Part shown: positions 19,601-28,110 of the stretch, piece after piece | Layout: each line of letters starts with the position of its first letter | Numbering within the stretch: the first letter of the stretch is position 1 | NCBI GenBank assembly: GCA_963925805.1 | Contig: CAWUSE010000023.1 | Coordinates: forward strand, 65,098 to 129,097 | Origin: an uncultured Acidimicrobiales bacterium | GTDB lineage: Bacteria > Actinomycetota > Acidimicrobiia > Acidimicrobiales > UBA10347 | DNA: 64,000 nt | Reading direction: 5' to 3' | The notes under the pieces: generated by a model | What the model was told of the DNA's origin: nothing | The model's database searches: none | Seen by the model: the letters and a program-made list of their open reading frames with translations, nothing else | Position numbers and translations under genes: made by a program

Positions 19601-20190
19601 TGCTTGGGCTGTACATCAGCGATCATCCTCTGGCAGGTATCGAGGACGCCTTGCGCCGCAAGAGCGACTGCACGGTGCCGGAGCTCAAGGAGTTGGGCGA
19701 CGGTGAGTTCCGGGCTGTCGGCGGGGTGGTTACGAACCTGCAGCGAAAGTACACCCGGAAACAGGACCTCATGGCGGTGTTCGAGCTCGAAGACCTCGAA
19801 GGCTCAATTGAGGTGATGGTGTTCCCGCGTTCCATGCTCAAGTTTGGGCACCTGCTTCGCGATGATGCCGTGGTCGTGGTCAAGGGCAGGCTCAAAGTCA
19901 ACGATGACGAACGCCAGATGATCTGCAACGAGGTCGAAATTTTTGAGACGCGCCAACGCAACGGCGCAGTGACCATCAAGCTGGGAGCGTCTGCGCTGGA
20001 GCAACCCAAGCTCGACGCGCTCAAAGAAGTGATCCTTCACCATCCCGGCGACTCCGATGTGCTGATCGAGTTCGAGGATCTGGGTCAGAAGAAAACCGTT
20101 CGCTTATCCGAGAAATATGGCGTCGACCCAGCGTCGCCACTCATGGGCGAGCTACGCGTACTTCTTGGCGGCGGCGCTTTCACGCTCTAA
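16654..20190 (+). CDS. dnaE: DNA polymerase III alpha subunit
   Basis: PHP domain start MAGSFTHLHVHTEFSMLDG, the PDIDMDF catalytic motif, and a C-terminal OB fold. The start is set at ATG 16654, inside the listed TTG-initiated ORF. Confidence 0.96.
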   Translation: MAGSFTHLHVHTEFSMLDGASRVGELAAAAAADGQPAMAMTDHGNMYGVLDFYQACKEVGVKPIIGTEAYMAHDHRSERPKRRGRLDDSGGETDSGKLYYHLCLLAENQKGYKNLIQLSSRAYLEGYYYKPRIDWELLDTHSEGVIATTGCLGGHVLQELLNGNEDQARKKAGKLQDIFGRDNLFVELQDHGIAAQRQTNPQLVEIANYLGAPLLATNDTHYTHSEDHQAHDALLCVQTASLMSDPDRFRFEGNDHYVKSSAEMRDLFREVPSACDNTLWIAERCNVEIELGEPKLPKFPLPEGFETDYQYLEHLTFEGAHKRWGEVLNDATVERLAYELKVINDMGFSSYFLITGDLINHARKQNIRVGPGRGSAAGCAVSYCLRITDLDPIKYDLLFERFLNPGRRSMPDIDMDFDSRYRDEMIRYMADQYGREHVAQIVTFSTIKARAAVRDAARVLGHPYLVGDRIAKLMPPLVMGRDTPLYACLEKHPKYEDGYGMAKDLRELYAADPDAREVVDVALGLEGLRRGDGIHAAAVVVTDEPLTEYLPIQRKPESGQDPADAPVVTQYEMGPVEDLGLLKLDFLGLRNLDVISDALEIIKRTQGITVDIDNVDLTDQPTYELLQRGDTIGVFQLESSPMRALIRSLAPDCFDDVAALVALYRPGPMAMNMHNDYADRKNGRQAIELLHDDAAEMLSGTYGLMIYQESMMRIAQKFAGYSLEEADNLRKACGKKIREVMAKEKVGFIEGCVNTGYGVEVGEKWWEQIEPFADYAFNKSHSYGYGYVAFQIAYLKANFPVEYMASLLTSVKGNLDKAAGYLHECRIMGVDVLVPDVNLAQSDFSAAGRDEHGLPNSIVFGLSAVRNVGEGLVSLLVEERDANGPFDDFTEFCERVDPSVLNKRTIEALIKAGGFDAMEYGRKGMLQVFEQIIDLTLSRRRERDMGIQTLFGELSEEATFDERPKIPEMEFEKTEKLRFEKEMLGLYISDHPLAGIEDALRRKSDCTVPELKELGDGEFRAVGGVVTNLQRKYTRKQDLMAVFELEDLEGSIEVMVFPRSMLKFGHLLRDDAVVVVKGRLKVNDDERQMICNEVEIFETRQRNGAVTIKLGASALEQPKLDALKEVILHHPGDSDVLIEFEDLGQKKTVRLSEKYGVDPASPLMGELRVLLGGGAFTL

Positions 20191-20267
20191 CACACTGCTC
20201 CGGGTCAGCGCCACCGAACCAAATTTGCAAATAGACCCGACTAGCGAGTGGACTAGAGGACGGAGTA

Positions 20268-20972
20268 GTGGCTGAATATGATCCCGTGGGGGGCTCACCA
20301 ATGGGTTTGGAAGTAACGACACAGGATTGCACCGCAGTCACCGATGCCGAACTAGAAGAGATGGCCGACCTTTGTGCCGAAGGATCGAATCGGTTCTCAA
20401 TTGGATTGCTGTCAAAGCAAACTGAACTCTGGGTGTTGTGCACCACCGCCCGCGAAAACGGCAAGCTCCGTGGTTTCGGCTTCTCCACGCTCGAACGTGT
20501 CGGCGGAACGCCTGCGGTTCTTGTTGGCATCGCCGCAGTGGCGGCCAACAATCGCCGCTCCACCGTGCTTAATGCGCTCATGAACGAGCTGTTTCATCGT
20601 GCGCTCATGGCCTTCCCCGACGAAGACGTGCTGTTCGGCTGCCAGATCAACGACCCATCTGGCTTTGACGCTTTCAAACAACTCGCCGATCACATCCCAC
20701 GCCCTGATTACAAGCCCAACGGCGAAGAACGTGCCTGGGGCCGACGATTGACGAAGCGATTCAGCATCGGCGCAAGCCGGTACGACGACCGCTCGTTCAC
20801 GGTCCGAGGCGACGGATCGCAATCGTCGGTTCTCGATTACACGTCGACCACTCCGGAGAAGATCGCAGCAGACATCGTTGCGCTGTTCGACGACCACAAC
20901 GCTGCTAAAGGGGACACGCTCGTGTGCCACGGCTGGGTTGCGCCCGAACGCCTCGCCAAACTCGGTAGATAG
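20268..20972 (+). CDS. Hypothetical protein (possibly an acyltransferase-like fold)
   Basis: A 234-aa ORF with genome-typical codon usage. I recognise no diagnostic motif. Confidence 0.5.
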   Translation: MAEYDPVGGSPMGLEVTTQDCTAVTDAELEEMADLCAEGSNRFSIGLLSKQTELWVLCTTARENGKLRGFGFSTLERVGGTPAVLVGIAAVAANNRRSTVLNALMNELFHRALMAFPDEDVLFGCQINDPSGFDAFKQLADHIPRPDYKPNGEERAWGRRLTKRFSIGASRYDDRSFTVRGDGSQSSVLDYTSTTPEKIAADIVALFDDHNAAKGDTLVCHGWVAPERLAKLGR

Positions 20973-21049
20973 ATAGCTTGTAGGTAACGGTCCGCATTGC
21001 TGCTGCGGTGGGCCTAGCTGAAGTGTCTTTAGGCCAGGTGAGCTGAGCG

Positions 21050-21649
21050 ATGGAATTTACAGAGGTCGTCCGTACCCGCAAGATGGTGCGCAATTATCGG
21101 CCCGAGCCGGTGGACGCAACAGTGATTGACACCCTGCTCGCGCTCGCGTGCAAGGGGCCGTCAGCCGGGAACACTTGGGGAACGCACTTTGTGGTCCTCG
21201 AAGGCGATCAGACCCAGCGGTATTGGGATCTGACGCTGCCTGTAGACGCGCGCGAAAATTTCCCATGGCCAGGCTTGTTGCAGGCTCCGGTGATCGTCCT
21301 GCCATGTGGCGACGCTAACGCGTACGTCGAGCGCTACAGCGAACCAGACAAGGCGAGGACCGGCCTCGGTATATCACCCGATGCTTGGAGTGTCCCGTAC
21401 TGGCACGTCGACACCGCTATGGCCACTATGACCCTGCTACACGCAGCGACCAACGCCGGGCTGGGTGCGTTGTTCTTTGGCGTCTTTGACCATGAGTCGG
21501 CCGTGTGCGAAGCGCTGGGCATTCCCGCGTCTATTCGCCCAATCGGTGCAGTGGCCCTGGGCTGGCCGGGCGATACTGAGCGCCTCAGTAAATCCGCGCA
21601 GCGAGGACGACCACGTCTGGACGATATTGTGCATCGGGGCCAGTGGTGA
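21050..21649 (+). CDS. Nitroreductase-family oxidoreductase
   Basis: VRTRKMVRNYRPEPV...L..ACKGPSAGNTW and C-terminal GAVALGWP are typical of the NADH/FMN nitroreductase fold. Confidence 0.75.
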   Translation: MEFTEVVRTRKMVRNYRPEPVDATVIDTLLALACKGPSAGNTWGTHFVVLEGDQTQRYWDLTLPVDARENFPWPGLLQAPVIVLPCGDANAYVERYSEPDKARTGLGISPDAWSVPYWHVDTAMATMTLLHAATNAGLGALFFGVFDHESAVCEALGIPASIRPIGAVALGWPGDTERLSKSAQRGRPRLDDIVHRGQW

Positions 21650-22548
21650 ACCTTCCTGGTGTGCCGAAAGGCACCGCTCTCTGGTTGGCTGGCGCTCGCC
21701 CGAAGACCCTTCCGGCTGCAATTGTTCCCGTGGCAGTTGGTACCGCGGTGGCCTCTAACCCGTTGGCCGGTGGGGATGGAAACATCATCTGGTGGCGGGC
21801 GTTGTGCGCCATGGTGGTGGCGCTCGCTTTGCAGATAGCGACGAACTATGCCAATGACTACAGCGACGGAATCCGCGGCACCGATGATGATCGAGCTGGC
21901 CCACTCCGACTCGTTGGGTCGGGTCTGGTTAACGCCAAGCACGTCAAGATCGCAGCCTTTGGGTCGTTCGGCATAGCCGCTGCAGCTGGCTTGGCGTTGG
22001 CCCTTGCTGTCGGTCCCGAATTGATCCTGGTTGGTTTGGCTTCAATCCTGGCCGGCTGGTTCTACACGGGAGGTAAGAACCCTTATGGTTATATGGGTTT
22101 GGGCGAAGTATTTGTGTTCGTATTTTTCGGCTTGGTAGCGACGGTTGGTTCCGCCTATGTGCAGCCCATGGGTTGGTCAGGACTTGCCTGGTTAGTGGCT
22201 ATAGCTGTGGGGTGTCTATCGACAGCGTTGCTCGTGACGAACAACCTTCGGGATATACCGACCGACCAGGCGACCGGCAAGATCACGCTTGCCGTGCGGA
22301 TGGGCGACCGCCGCACCCGAGGCCTTTTCGTTGTGTTCTTGTCGCTTCCGTTTCTGATCGCTGGCTTGGTTGCTGTCGACCGGCCCTGGGCGTTTCTTAC
22401 GCTTGCGGCGTTACCACTCGCTGTGCGAGCGATTCGGCCTGTTGTCGGGGGAGCCACGGGCCGGGATCTGATACCGGTACTGGAGGCCACGGGAAAGACC
22501 CAGCTCGTTTATGGCGTTCTTCTTTCCGTTGGTCTATGGCTCGGGTAA
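21643..22548 (+). CDS. menA: 1,4-dihydroxy-2-naphthoate polyprenyltransferase
   Basis: UbiA-family motif NYANDYSDGIRGTDD, a second Asp-rich box NNLRDIPTD, and multiple TM helices. It is convergent with menG. Confidence 0.88.
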   Translation: MVNLPGVPKGTALWLAGARPKTLPAAIVPVAVGTAVASNPLAGGDGNIIWWRALCAMVVALALQIATNYANDYSDGIRGTDDDRAGPLRLVGSGLVNAKHVKIAAFGSFGIAAAAGLALALAVGPELILVGLASILAGWFYTGGKNPYGYMGLGEVFVFVFFGLVATVGSAYVQPMGWSGLAWLVAIAVGCLSTALLVTNNLRDIPTDQATGKITLAVRMGDRRTRGLFVVFLSLPFLIAGLVAVDRPWAFLTLAALPLAVRAIRPVVGGATGRDLIPVLEATGKTQLVYGVLLSVGLWLG

Positions 22549-22628
22549 CAACAAGTGAGCGAAGACGGCCGACTAGAACCGTCACATAATGGTGACGAGA
22601 CCTGCGAACAACGAATGGTTCGTATGAG

Positions 22629-23327
22629 CTACCTGGTGGCGGTGATGAGCTGAACGAGGCCGCCGTTGAGTTGGTGATGCTCGACGGTTGAGAAGCCAGC
22701 AGCACGAACTTGCTCACTCAGCACCTGGGGCTCAGGTAGGTAGGAGAGCGAACGGGGCAAGTAATGATAGGCATCGGCGTTTGACAGCAGTCCACCAATG
22801 AGCGGAACGATCTTGCCAAAGTAGATGTCGTAGCCAAAACGCAGCAAGCGATTTTTGGGGCGACTGACATCGAGTAGTGCGATACGGCCGCCTGGCCGCA
22901 CAACCCGGGCGAGTTCTTCGAAGAACGGATCGAGTTCGACGAAGTTACGAAGTGCAAAGCCACACGTGACGCCGTCGACGGTGCCGTGGGTCAGCGGCAG
23001 TCGCAGCGCGTCGGCATGGACAAGTGGCGCTTCGGTTCGTGCGTGAGCCAACATGCCGAAGGCCAGGTCGAATCCAATGGGGGAGTGACCGCGGGCTTCA
23101 AGCGTGCGGCAAAAGTCGCCGGTTCCACACGCCAAGTCGGCTATGACCGAACCCGTTGGCAACGCGAGGTCCTTGATAGTTCGATTGCGCCAGCGCACAT
23201 CGAGTCCGAATGTCATGATGCGATTCACCAGGTCATACCGGGGTGCAATCGTGTCGAACATCGTGCGGACGCTCGCTACCTTGGCGTCGCCAGTAGGCAG
23301 CGGTTCGTCTCTCGTTGGAATTGCCAT
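22629..23327 (-). CDS. menG: Demethylmenaquinone methyltransferase (UbiE/MenG family)
   Basis: VRTMFDTIAPRYDLVNRIMTFG, SAM motif DLACGTGD, and FALRNF. Confidence 0.88.
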   Translation of the reverse strand: MAIPTRDEPLPTGDAKVASVRTMFDTIAPRYDLVNRIMTFGLDVRWRNRTIKDLALPTGSVIADLACGTGDFCRTLEARGHSPIGFDLAFGMLAHARTEAPLVHADALRLPLTHGTVDGVTCGFALRNFVELDPFFEELARVVRPGGRIALLDVSRPKNRLLRFGYDIYFGKIVPLIGGLLSNADAYHYLPRSLSYLPEPQVLSEQVRAAGFSTVEHHQLNGGLVQLITATR

Positions 23328-23332
23328 CGCCG

Positions 23333-24433
23333 TCAGTCTCCCAGCTGTGGACTGCGCCGGCTTGGCCCAGCTACCGGTTGTTCTGTGGCATTGGAGGCTT
23401 CGCTGCGATGACGGGCGGCGAGCTGACCACAGGCGGCATCGATGTCGAGACCGCGTGTTCGGCGAACCGTGGCGGTTGCGCCGCCTTCTTCGAGAAGATC
23501 GCGAAATTCGAATAGACGTTTTGGCGCAGCGCCAACGACTGGGTAGCCCGGTGTTGGATTTAGCGGGATCAGATTCACATGGGCCCGCGTGCGTCGGGCA
23601 ATACGAGTTAGCTCTTTGGCATCGCGGTCACTGTCGTTTACGCCCTTGATGAGCGCCCACTCGATCGAGACGCGGCGCCCGGACTGCTCTCGGTATCCAA
23701 TCATTGCATCACACAATTCGTCGATTGGATACCGCTTGTTGATTGGCACCAGCTCGTCACGTAGCCGGTCGTTGGCTGCATGTAGCGATACCGCAAGGGT
23801 CACCGGCAATGAAGCTTCGGTGAGCTTCTTGATGCCAGGAATGACACCAACGGTCGAGACCGTTATCGAGCGGGCAGACAGCCCGAGGTCGCCATGCAGC
23901 CGTTCGACCGCACTCCACGTGTTCGGGAAGTTCGCCAACGGCTCGCCCATCCCCATGAACACCACATTTGATACTCGGCGTTCGCCCGCTGCCTGGGCAG
24001 CGCGTATAACCTGTTCGACGATTTCACCCGTGGTCAGATGTCGATCGAACCCTGCCTGGCCGGTTGCACAGAAGCCGCAGGCCATCGCGCACCCAGCCTG
24101 CGAACTGACGCAAACCGTGGCCCGATCCGGGTACAGCATGAGCACAGTCTCGATCTGGTGGCCGTCGTGGGCCTTCCAGAGCCATTTCAGCGTCTGGCCT
24201 TTGTCGGCCTGCTGCAATTGAACCTGGGTGAGTGCCAATGGAGCTTGCTCTGCGAGACGAGCCCGTAGCTTCTTTGGGACATTGCTCATGTCATCGGGCA
24301 GCTTGAGTCCGTCGTAGAGACCTTCCCAGATCTGATCAACGCGGTACTTGGGTTCGCCTGCGCAGAGCTCGGCGAACTGTGTGCGATCGAGGTCATAGAG
24401 CGTTGTTGGCGCCTTGGCTGAGGAGAGGCTCAT
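23333..24433 (-). CDS. rlmN: Radical-SAM 23S rRNA/tRNA adenine-C2 methyltransferase RlmN
   Basis: CVSSQAGCAMACGFCATGQ (CxxxCxxC), GMGEPLAN, and a C-terminal catalytic Cys in DIDAACGQL. Confidence 0.92.
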   Translation of the reverse strand: MSLSSAKAPTTLYDLDRTQFAELCAGEPKYRVDQIWEGLYDGLKLPDDMSNVPKKLRARLAEQAPLALTQVQLQQADKGQTLKWLWKAHDGHQIETVLMLYPDRATVCVSSQAGCAMACGFCATGQAGFDRHLTTGEIVEQVIRAAQAAGERRVSNVVFMGMGEPLANFPNTWSAVERLHGDLGLSARSITVSTVGVIPGIKKLTEASLPVTLAVSLHAANDRLRDELVPINKRYPIDELCDAMIGYREQSGRRVSIEWALIKGVNDSDRDAKELTRIARRTRAHVNLIPLNPTPGYPVVGAAPKRLFEFRDLLEEGGATATVRRTRGLDIDAACGQLAARHRSEASNATEQPVAGPSRRSPQLGD

Positions 24434-25134
24434 TCGGCAGCAGCGATCGTCAGGTTGTAAGCCCGGTCGGTCCGGAAATGGGTGAAGCCAATCTTGAGAT
24501 AGGTGGCGTTGGCCGGGTCATTGTCGCTCTCGACGTACAACAAGGCGTGCTCGATTCCCTGATCGCTTATCCAGTCGAGACCGGCAAGGGTCATTGGCGT
24601 GCCTAGGCCTTGGCCGTGCACCGAGGGATCAACAGCGATCACATAAATTTCACCGTGTACCGGTTCCATAGTGGGATGCACTTTCGTCCAGCAGAAGCCA
24701 AGTAATTCTCCATCGCGTTCAAACAACCGAAATCCGTCGGGATTGAACCAGGGCTCGGCCATGGTTGTTTCCAGACTCTCTCGAGTCATGCCACTCTGTT
24801 CGGGGTGCCAGGAGAATGCGCGGTTGTTCACGGCCACCAGTAGGTCGGTGTCAGCAGCCGTGAAGGCTCTAGTTTCGAGGGTTGAACGTGCGGCAGGAAG
24901 AGGGCAGCGCACCTGCCACAAATCTCGGTAGGCAGCGGCGCCTAGCGATTGAGCGAGTGCGTCAGCATCGTCGCTCACGTCGTGGATCCAAAGCTGAGCG
25001 GTGCCACCGCCGGTTGTGGCGATCTGGCCGACGGTCAGGGTCAACTCATTCTGATAGTTCGTGCCTTCAGCGGCGGACTCGACGTCAATGACCCAAAGCC
25101 CGGATTTTGCAACGAATTCGGAGGTGACAGGCAC
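24430..25134 (-). CDS. mshD: GNAT acetyltransferase resembling mycothiol synthase MshD, with a shortened N-terminal domain
   Basis: RDLWQVRCPLP, NNRAFSWHPEQSGMTRE, EPWFNPDGF, and GEIYVIAVDP..HGQGLG....LAGL match MshD as I remember it. It is only 234 aa, against roughly 300 aa for canonical MshD. Confidence 0.55.
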   Translation of the reverse strand: MPVTSEFVAKSGLWVIDVESAAEGTNYQNELTLTVGQIATTGGGTAQLWIHDVSDDADALAQSLGAAAYRDLWQVRCPLPAARSTLETRAFTAADTDLLVAVNNRAFSWHPEQSGMTRESLETTMAEPWFNPDGFRLFERDGELLGFCWTKVHPTMEPVHGEIYVIAVDPSVHGQGLGTPMTLAGLDWISDQGIEHALLYVESDNDPANATYLKIGFTHFRTDRAYNLTIAAAE

Positions 25135-25208
25135 AGCGACAAGGCTAGGAGCAGATGCTTGTGATGCCTGATGGGGTCATTATTTGGTGGCATTCCCAAT
25201 GAGTGCTT

Positions 25209-25341
25209 GGCACCTGACCAGGGTGCCCCTATGCTTTCTGACGTCGGGTTCCGCCACCCGACAAAATGGTGACTAGCTCAGGGATCCGCCGCCCTGTGTC
25301 GCCAAGCGAGCGTCTCCTTTGGGAGGCGCTCGCTCTCTTTT
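25209..25341 (+). ncRNA. Candidate small structured RNA or leader ending in an intrinsic terminator
   Basis: Three consecutive perfect hairpins: GGCACC/GGTGCC (25209-27), GTCGGGT/ACCCGAC (25243-62), and a 13-bp terminator stem (25305-34) followed by CTCTTTTC. There is no plus-strand gene upstream, since the neighbours are on the minus strand. Confidence 0.4.
25305..25341 (+). terminator. Rho-independent terminator (orphan)
   Basis: AGCGAGCGTCTCC, loop TTTG, GGAGGCGCTCGCT (13 bp, one G-U), then CTCTTTT. Confidence 0.7.
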
Positions 25342-25488
25342 CGGCCAGTGGCTTTATCTTGGATTGGCTGGGGATAGTGCACCTTTTCTGCCACGACGCG
25401 CCCAACCTGCGACGCCCAAAAAGCCCCGAATTCAGGTGCTCATCCTCACCAAGACCGGTTTGCAGAAAGAATCTGATAAAACGCAGCC

Positions 25489-25704
25489 GTGACTTCTGAG
25501 CAGCCCGACCCGACGAGCGATGCCGCCGAACTGTCGTCTATAACGACGGTGCTTGCAGATCTGCAAGGGCGGGTTGTTGAAGTCGCCGATCGGTGGCGAG
25601 AGATCGAGCGAGAGGATGTTGCGGGCGATCTTTACGACGTCGAACGGTCGTTGCGAAATGCTCAACGCCGAATTCGTCGCGCCGTGCAGGGGTTCGACAG
25701 GTAG
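25489..25704 (+). CDS. Small helical hypothetical protein (71 aa) ending 3 nt before the hisD start
   Basis: Listed ORF with GC-rich third positions like real genes here. It reads MTSEQPDP...LADLQGRVVEVADRWREIERED...RRIRRAVQGFDR. No family is recognised. Confidence 0.5.
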   Translation: MTSEQPDPTSDAAELSSITTVLADLQGRVVEVADRWREIEREDVAGDLYDVERSLRNAQRRIRRAVQGFDR

Positions 25705-25707
25705 ATT

Positions 25708-27027
25708 TTGGCGGTGCTCACACGCCATGACCTTCGTAACGTCGACGGTGACTATGCCTCGGTGCTACCCCGTCCTATGGATGACGACAATGCCCCGCTA
25801 GACATTGTCCGCGGCATCATCGCCGATGTCCGTGATCGGGGCGATGTCGCCATCAACGAACTCGGCACTCGTTTCGATGGGGCTGCGGCTGATCCGCTGA
25901 GGCTTGAGCCAGGCCACCTTGCGGCAGCCGTGGATCGAGTCGACCCGGCTGTCGTCGCGTCCTTGCGTGAAGCAGCTGCGTCCATCAAGGCCTTTCATTT
26001 GTCGCAGAAGAGCGAGCCGCACACGTTCCGGCACAAAGGAATGACCATCACGCAGAACCGGCAACCGGTGGACCGGGCTGGTTGTTACGTGCCGGGCGGC
26101 CGCGCTTGGTACCCCTCTACGGTGCTGATGACAGCGGTTCCTGCACGAGCTGCAGGCGTTCCCGAAGTGGTCGTGTGCGTGCCACCCATGCGAGATGGCA
26201 AAGTCATTGATGTCACGCTTGCTGCGGCGTCGATTGCCGAAGTCGACATGGTTTACGCATGTGGTGGCGCTCAAGCAATTGCCGCGCTGGCCTATGGAAC
26301 GGAGACGATCGACCCTGTCGACGTGATTGTCGGTCCCGGTAATGTTTTTGTAGCGCTGGCAAAACGCGAGGTGTCTGGCATCGTCGGTGTCCCCTCGGCC
26401 TTCGCTGGCCCTTCCGAGATTTGTGTTGTCAGCGATGGGACCGCGAATCCTCGCTACGTAGCGATCGACTTGATGGTGCAGGCAGAACACGGTCCCGACG
26501 GAAAGTCGTGGCTTATTGCCTATGACGAAGCGACTGTCGATGCGGTCGAATCCGCCATGCGAGAACTGCTTGCTGTTGCCCCGCGAAAGGGTGACATCGA
26601 GTCGACGTTGGCTGTTGGTGGTCACGTCGCCTTGGTGCGAGATGGTCGGCAAGCCATCGAGGTTGCCAACGCGATAGCGCCCGAACACCTCCAGTTGATG
26701 ACGGCCGATGCCAAAACAATTGTTAGTGGAGTTCGACACGCTGGTGCTGTGTTCTTGGGCGAGATGGCCCCCGCTTCGCTTGGCGATTACATCGCTGGGC
26801 CGTCGCACGTACTTCCTACAAACGGCACCGCTCGGTTCGGCGGAGCGCTGGGCCTCGAAGACTTCACGAAGGATGTTCACATCGTGTCGGTCACGGACGA
26901 GGCCATGAGATGGGCTGGCCCACACGTTGAAACGCTGGCGATGGCCGAAGGGTTCGACGCGCACGCAGAATCAGTGCGATTGCGGATGGCAGACCTCGGC
27001 AATACCGCACCAGGAGCAGACGTATGA
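25708..27027 (+). CDS. hisD: Histidinol dehydrogenase
   Basis: YVPGGRAWYPSTVLM, QAEHGPD, IAPEHLQL, and GDYIAGPSHVLPT. Confidence 0.95.
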   Translation: MAVLTRHDLRNVDGDYASVLPRPMDDDNAPLDIVRGIIADVRDRGDVAINELGTRFDGAAADPLRLEPGHLAAAVDRVDPAVVASLREAAASIKAFHLSQKSEPHTFRHKGMTITQNRQPVDRAGCYVPGGRAWYPSTVLMTAVPARAAGVPEVVVCVPPMRDGKVIDVTLAAASIAEVDMVYACGGAQAIAALAYGTETIDPVDVIVGPGNVFVALAKREVSGIVGVPSAFAGPSEICVVSDGTANPRYVAIDLMVQAEHGPDGKSWLIAYDEATVDAVESAMRELLAVAPRKGDIESTLAVGGHVALVRDGRQAIEVANAIAPEHLQLMTADAKTIVSGVRHAGAVFLGEMAPASLGDYIAGPSHVLPTNGTARFGGALGLEDFTKDVHIVSVTDEAMRWAGPHVETLAMAEGFDAHAESVRLRMADLGNTAPGADV

Positions 27028-28109
27028 GCTTCCGCCCTCCCGTGCGTGATGATCTGGCTGAGCTGTCGGGCTATCACTCTCCTCAGCTCGACGTCGAGCA
27101 CCGCCTGAATACGAATGAGAGTCCTGAACCGCCTCCGCCTGGGTTTCACAAGGCTGTCGCCGAGCGGGTTGCTGCTCTTGACTGGCACCGATATCCCGAC
27201 CGGGGCGTGACCGAACTGCGCTCGAAACTGGCAGCCCATCACGCAGTTCATCATCCCGATATCACGGCGGACAACATCTTCGTGGCCAACGGATCCAACG
27301 AGGTCCTGCAGACGATCATGTTGGCGTGGGGTGGCGCAGGTCGATCGGTTCTGACGTTTGAACCGACCTACGCCATGCACGGCCAGATCGCGCGAATTAC
27401 TGGCACTGGCGTCATCGAAGTAGAACGCCAAGATGACTTCACCATCGATGTTGATGAGGCCATTCGGACACTGAACGAGCAGAAGCCGATAGCGACATTC
27501 CTGTGTTCACCAAATAACCCGACGGGAATAGTCGAGCCACCGGCGCTGGTCCAACGAGTGTTGGACGCCGTCAGCGGCTTTGGACTGCTTGTCGTCGACG
27601 AGGCGTACGCCCAGTTCTCTGACTGGTCAGCACTGGACCTGTTCACCGAAGACTCTCCTATGATCGTGACCCGCACGTTCTCCAAGACATGGGCTATGGC
27701 TGCCGCTCGGCTGGGTTATCTGATCGCTCCGGCCTGGATCGTGGAGCGTCTGGAGGCGGCGATTCTTCCGTATCACCTCGATGCTGTCTCACAAGCCGCT
27801 GGCAGCGCAGCACTCGACTTCGAAGACGAGATGAACGAAAGGGTCGCTCGCATGGTTGAACAACGCGGAGCGATTCATGCCGGGCTAGCCGATCTCGACG
27901 TGGAATTTTGGCCTTCTCACTCGAACTTCATCCTGTTTCGCCCAGCTGACCGCAAGGGAAGTGATGTCTGGCAACAGCTCGTAGATCGGGGTGTTTTGGT
28001 GCGCAATTGCTCTAGTTGGGCCCGGCTCGAAGGCTGTTTGCGGGTAACCGTTGGGACGAGTGCTGAAAACGTTGCCTTCCTCGACGCTTTGGCGGCCATA
28101 CTTAGGTGA
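27024..28109 (+). CDS. hisC: Histidinol-phosphate aminotransferase
   Basis: LNTNESP, CSPNNPTG, DEAY, and TFSKTWAMAAARLGY (PLP lysine). Confidence 0.93.
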   Translation: MSFRPPVRDDLAELSGYHSPQLDVEHRLNTNESPEPPPPGFHKAVAERVAALDWHRYPDRGVTELRSKLAAHHAVHHPDITADNIFVANGSNEVLQTIMLAWGGAGRSVLTFEPTYAMHGQIARITGTGVIEVERQDDFTIDVDEAIRTLNEQKPIATFLCSPNNPTGIVEPPALVQRVLDAVSGFGLLVVDEAYAQFSDWSALDLFTEDSPMIVTRTFSKTWAMAAARLGYLIAPAWIVERLEAAILPYHLDAVSQAAGSAALDFEDEMNERVARMVEQRGAIHAGLADLDVEFWPSHSNFILFRPADRKGSDVWQQLVDRGVLVRNCSSWARLEGCLRVTVGTSAENVAFLDALAAILR

Positions 28110-28110
28110 T

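Noticed and set aside
25140-25490. A histidine attenuator (His-codon leader peptide) or a tRNA-His T-box in front of the his operon.
   Set aside because: No run of CAC/CAT codons appears in any short ORF. The best T-box-like strings (ATTTGGTGGCATTCCC, AATGGTGACTAGC) are too degenerate. I kept only the structural observation.
25798-26964. A 388-aa ORF antisense to hisD. Similar long antisense or out-of-frame ORFs occur at 1283-1924, 11923-12750, 21334-21942, 27917-28513, 30324-30992, 35145-35816, 37204-37899, 38393-39052 and 42667-43317.
   Set aside because: These are typical high-GC shadow ORFs. They are Arg/Ser/Pro/Cys-rich with no motifs, and each lies fully inside a confidently identified gene on the other strand or frame.
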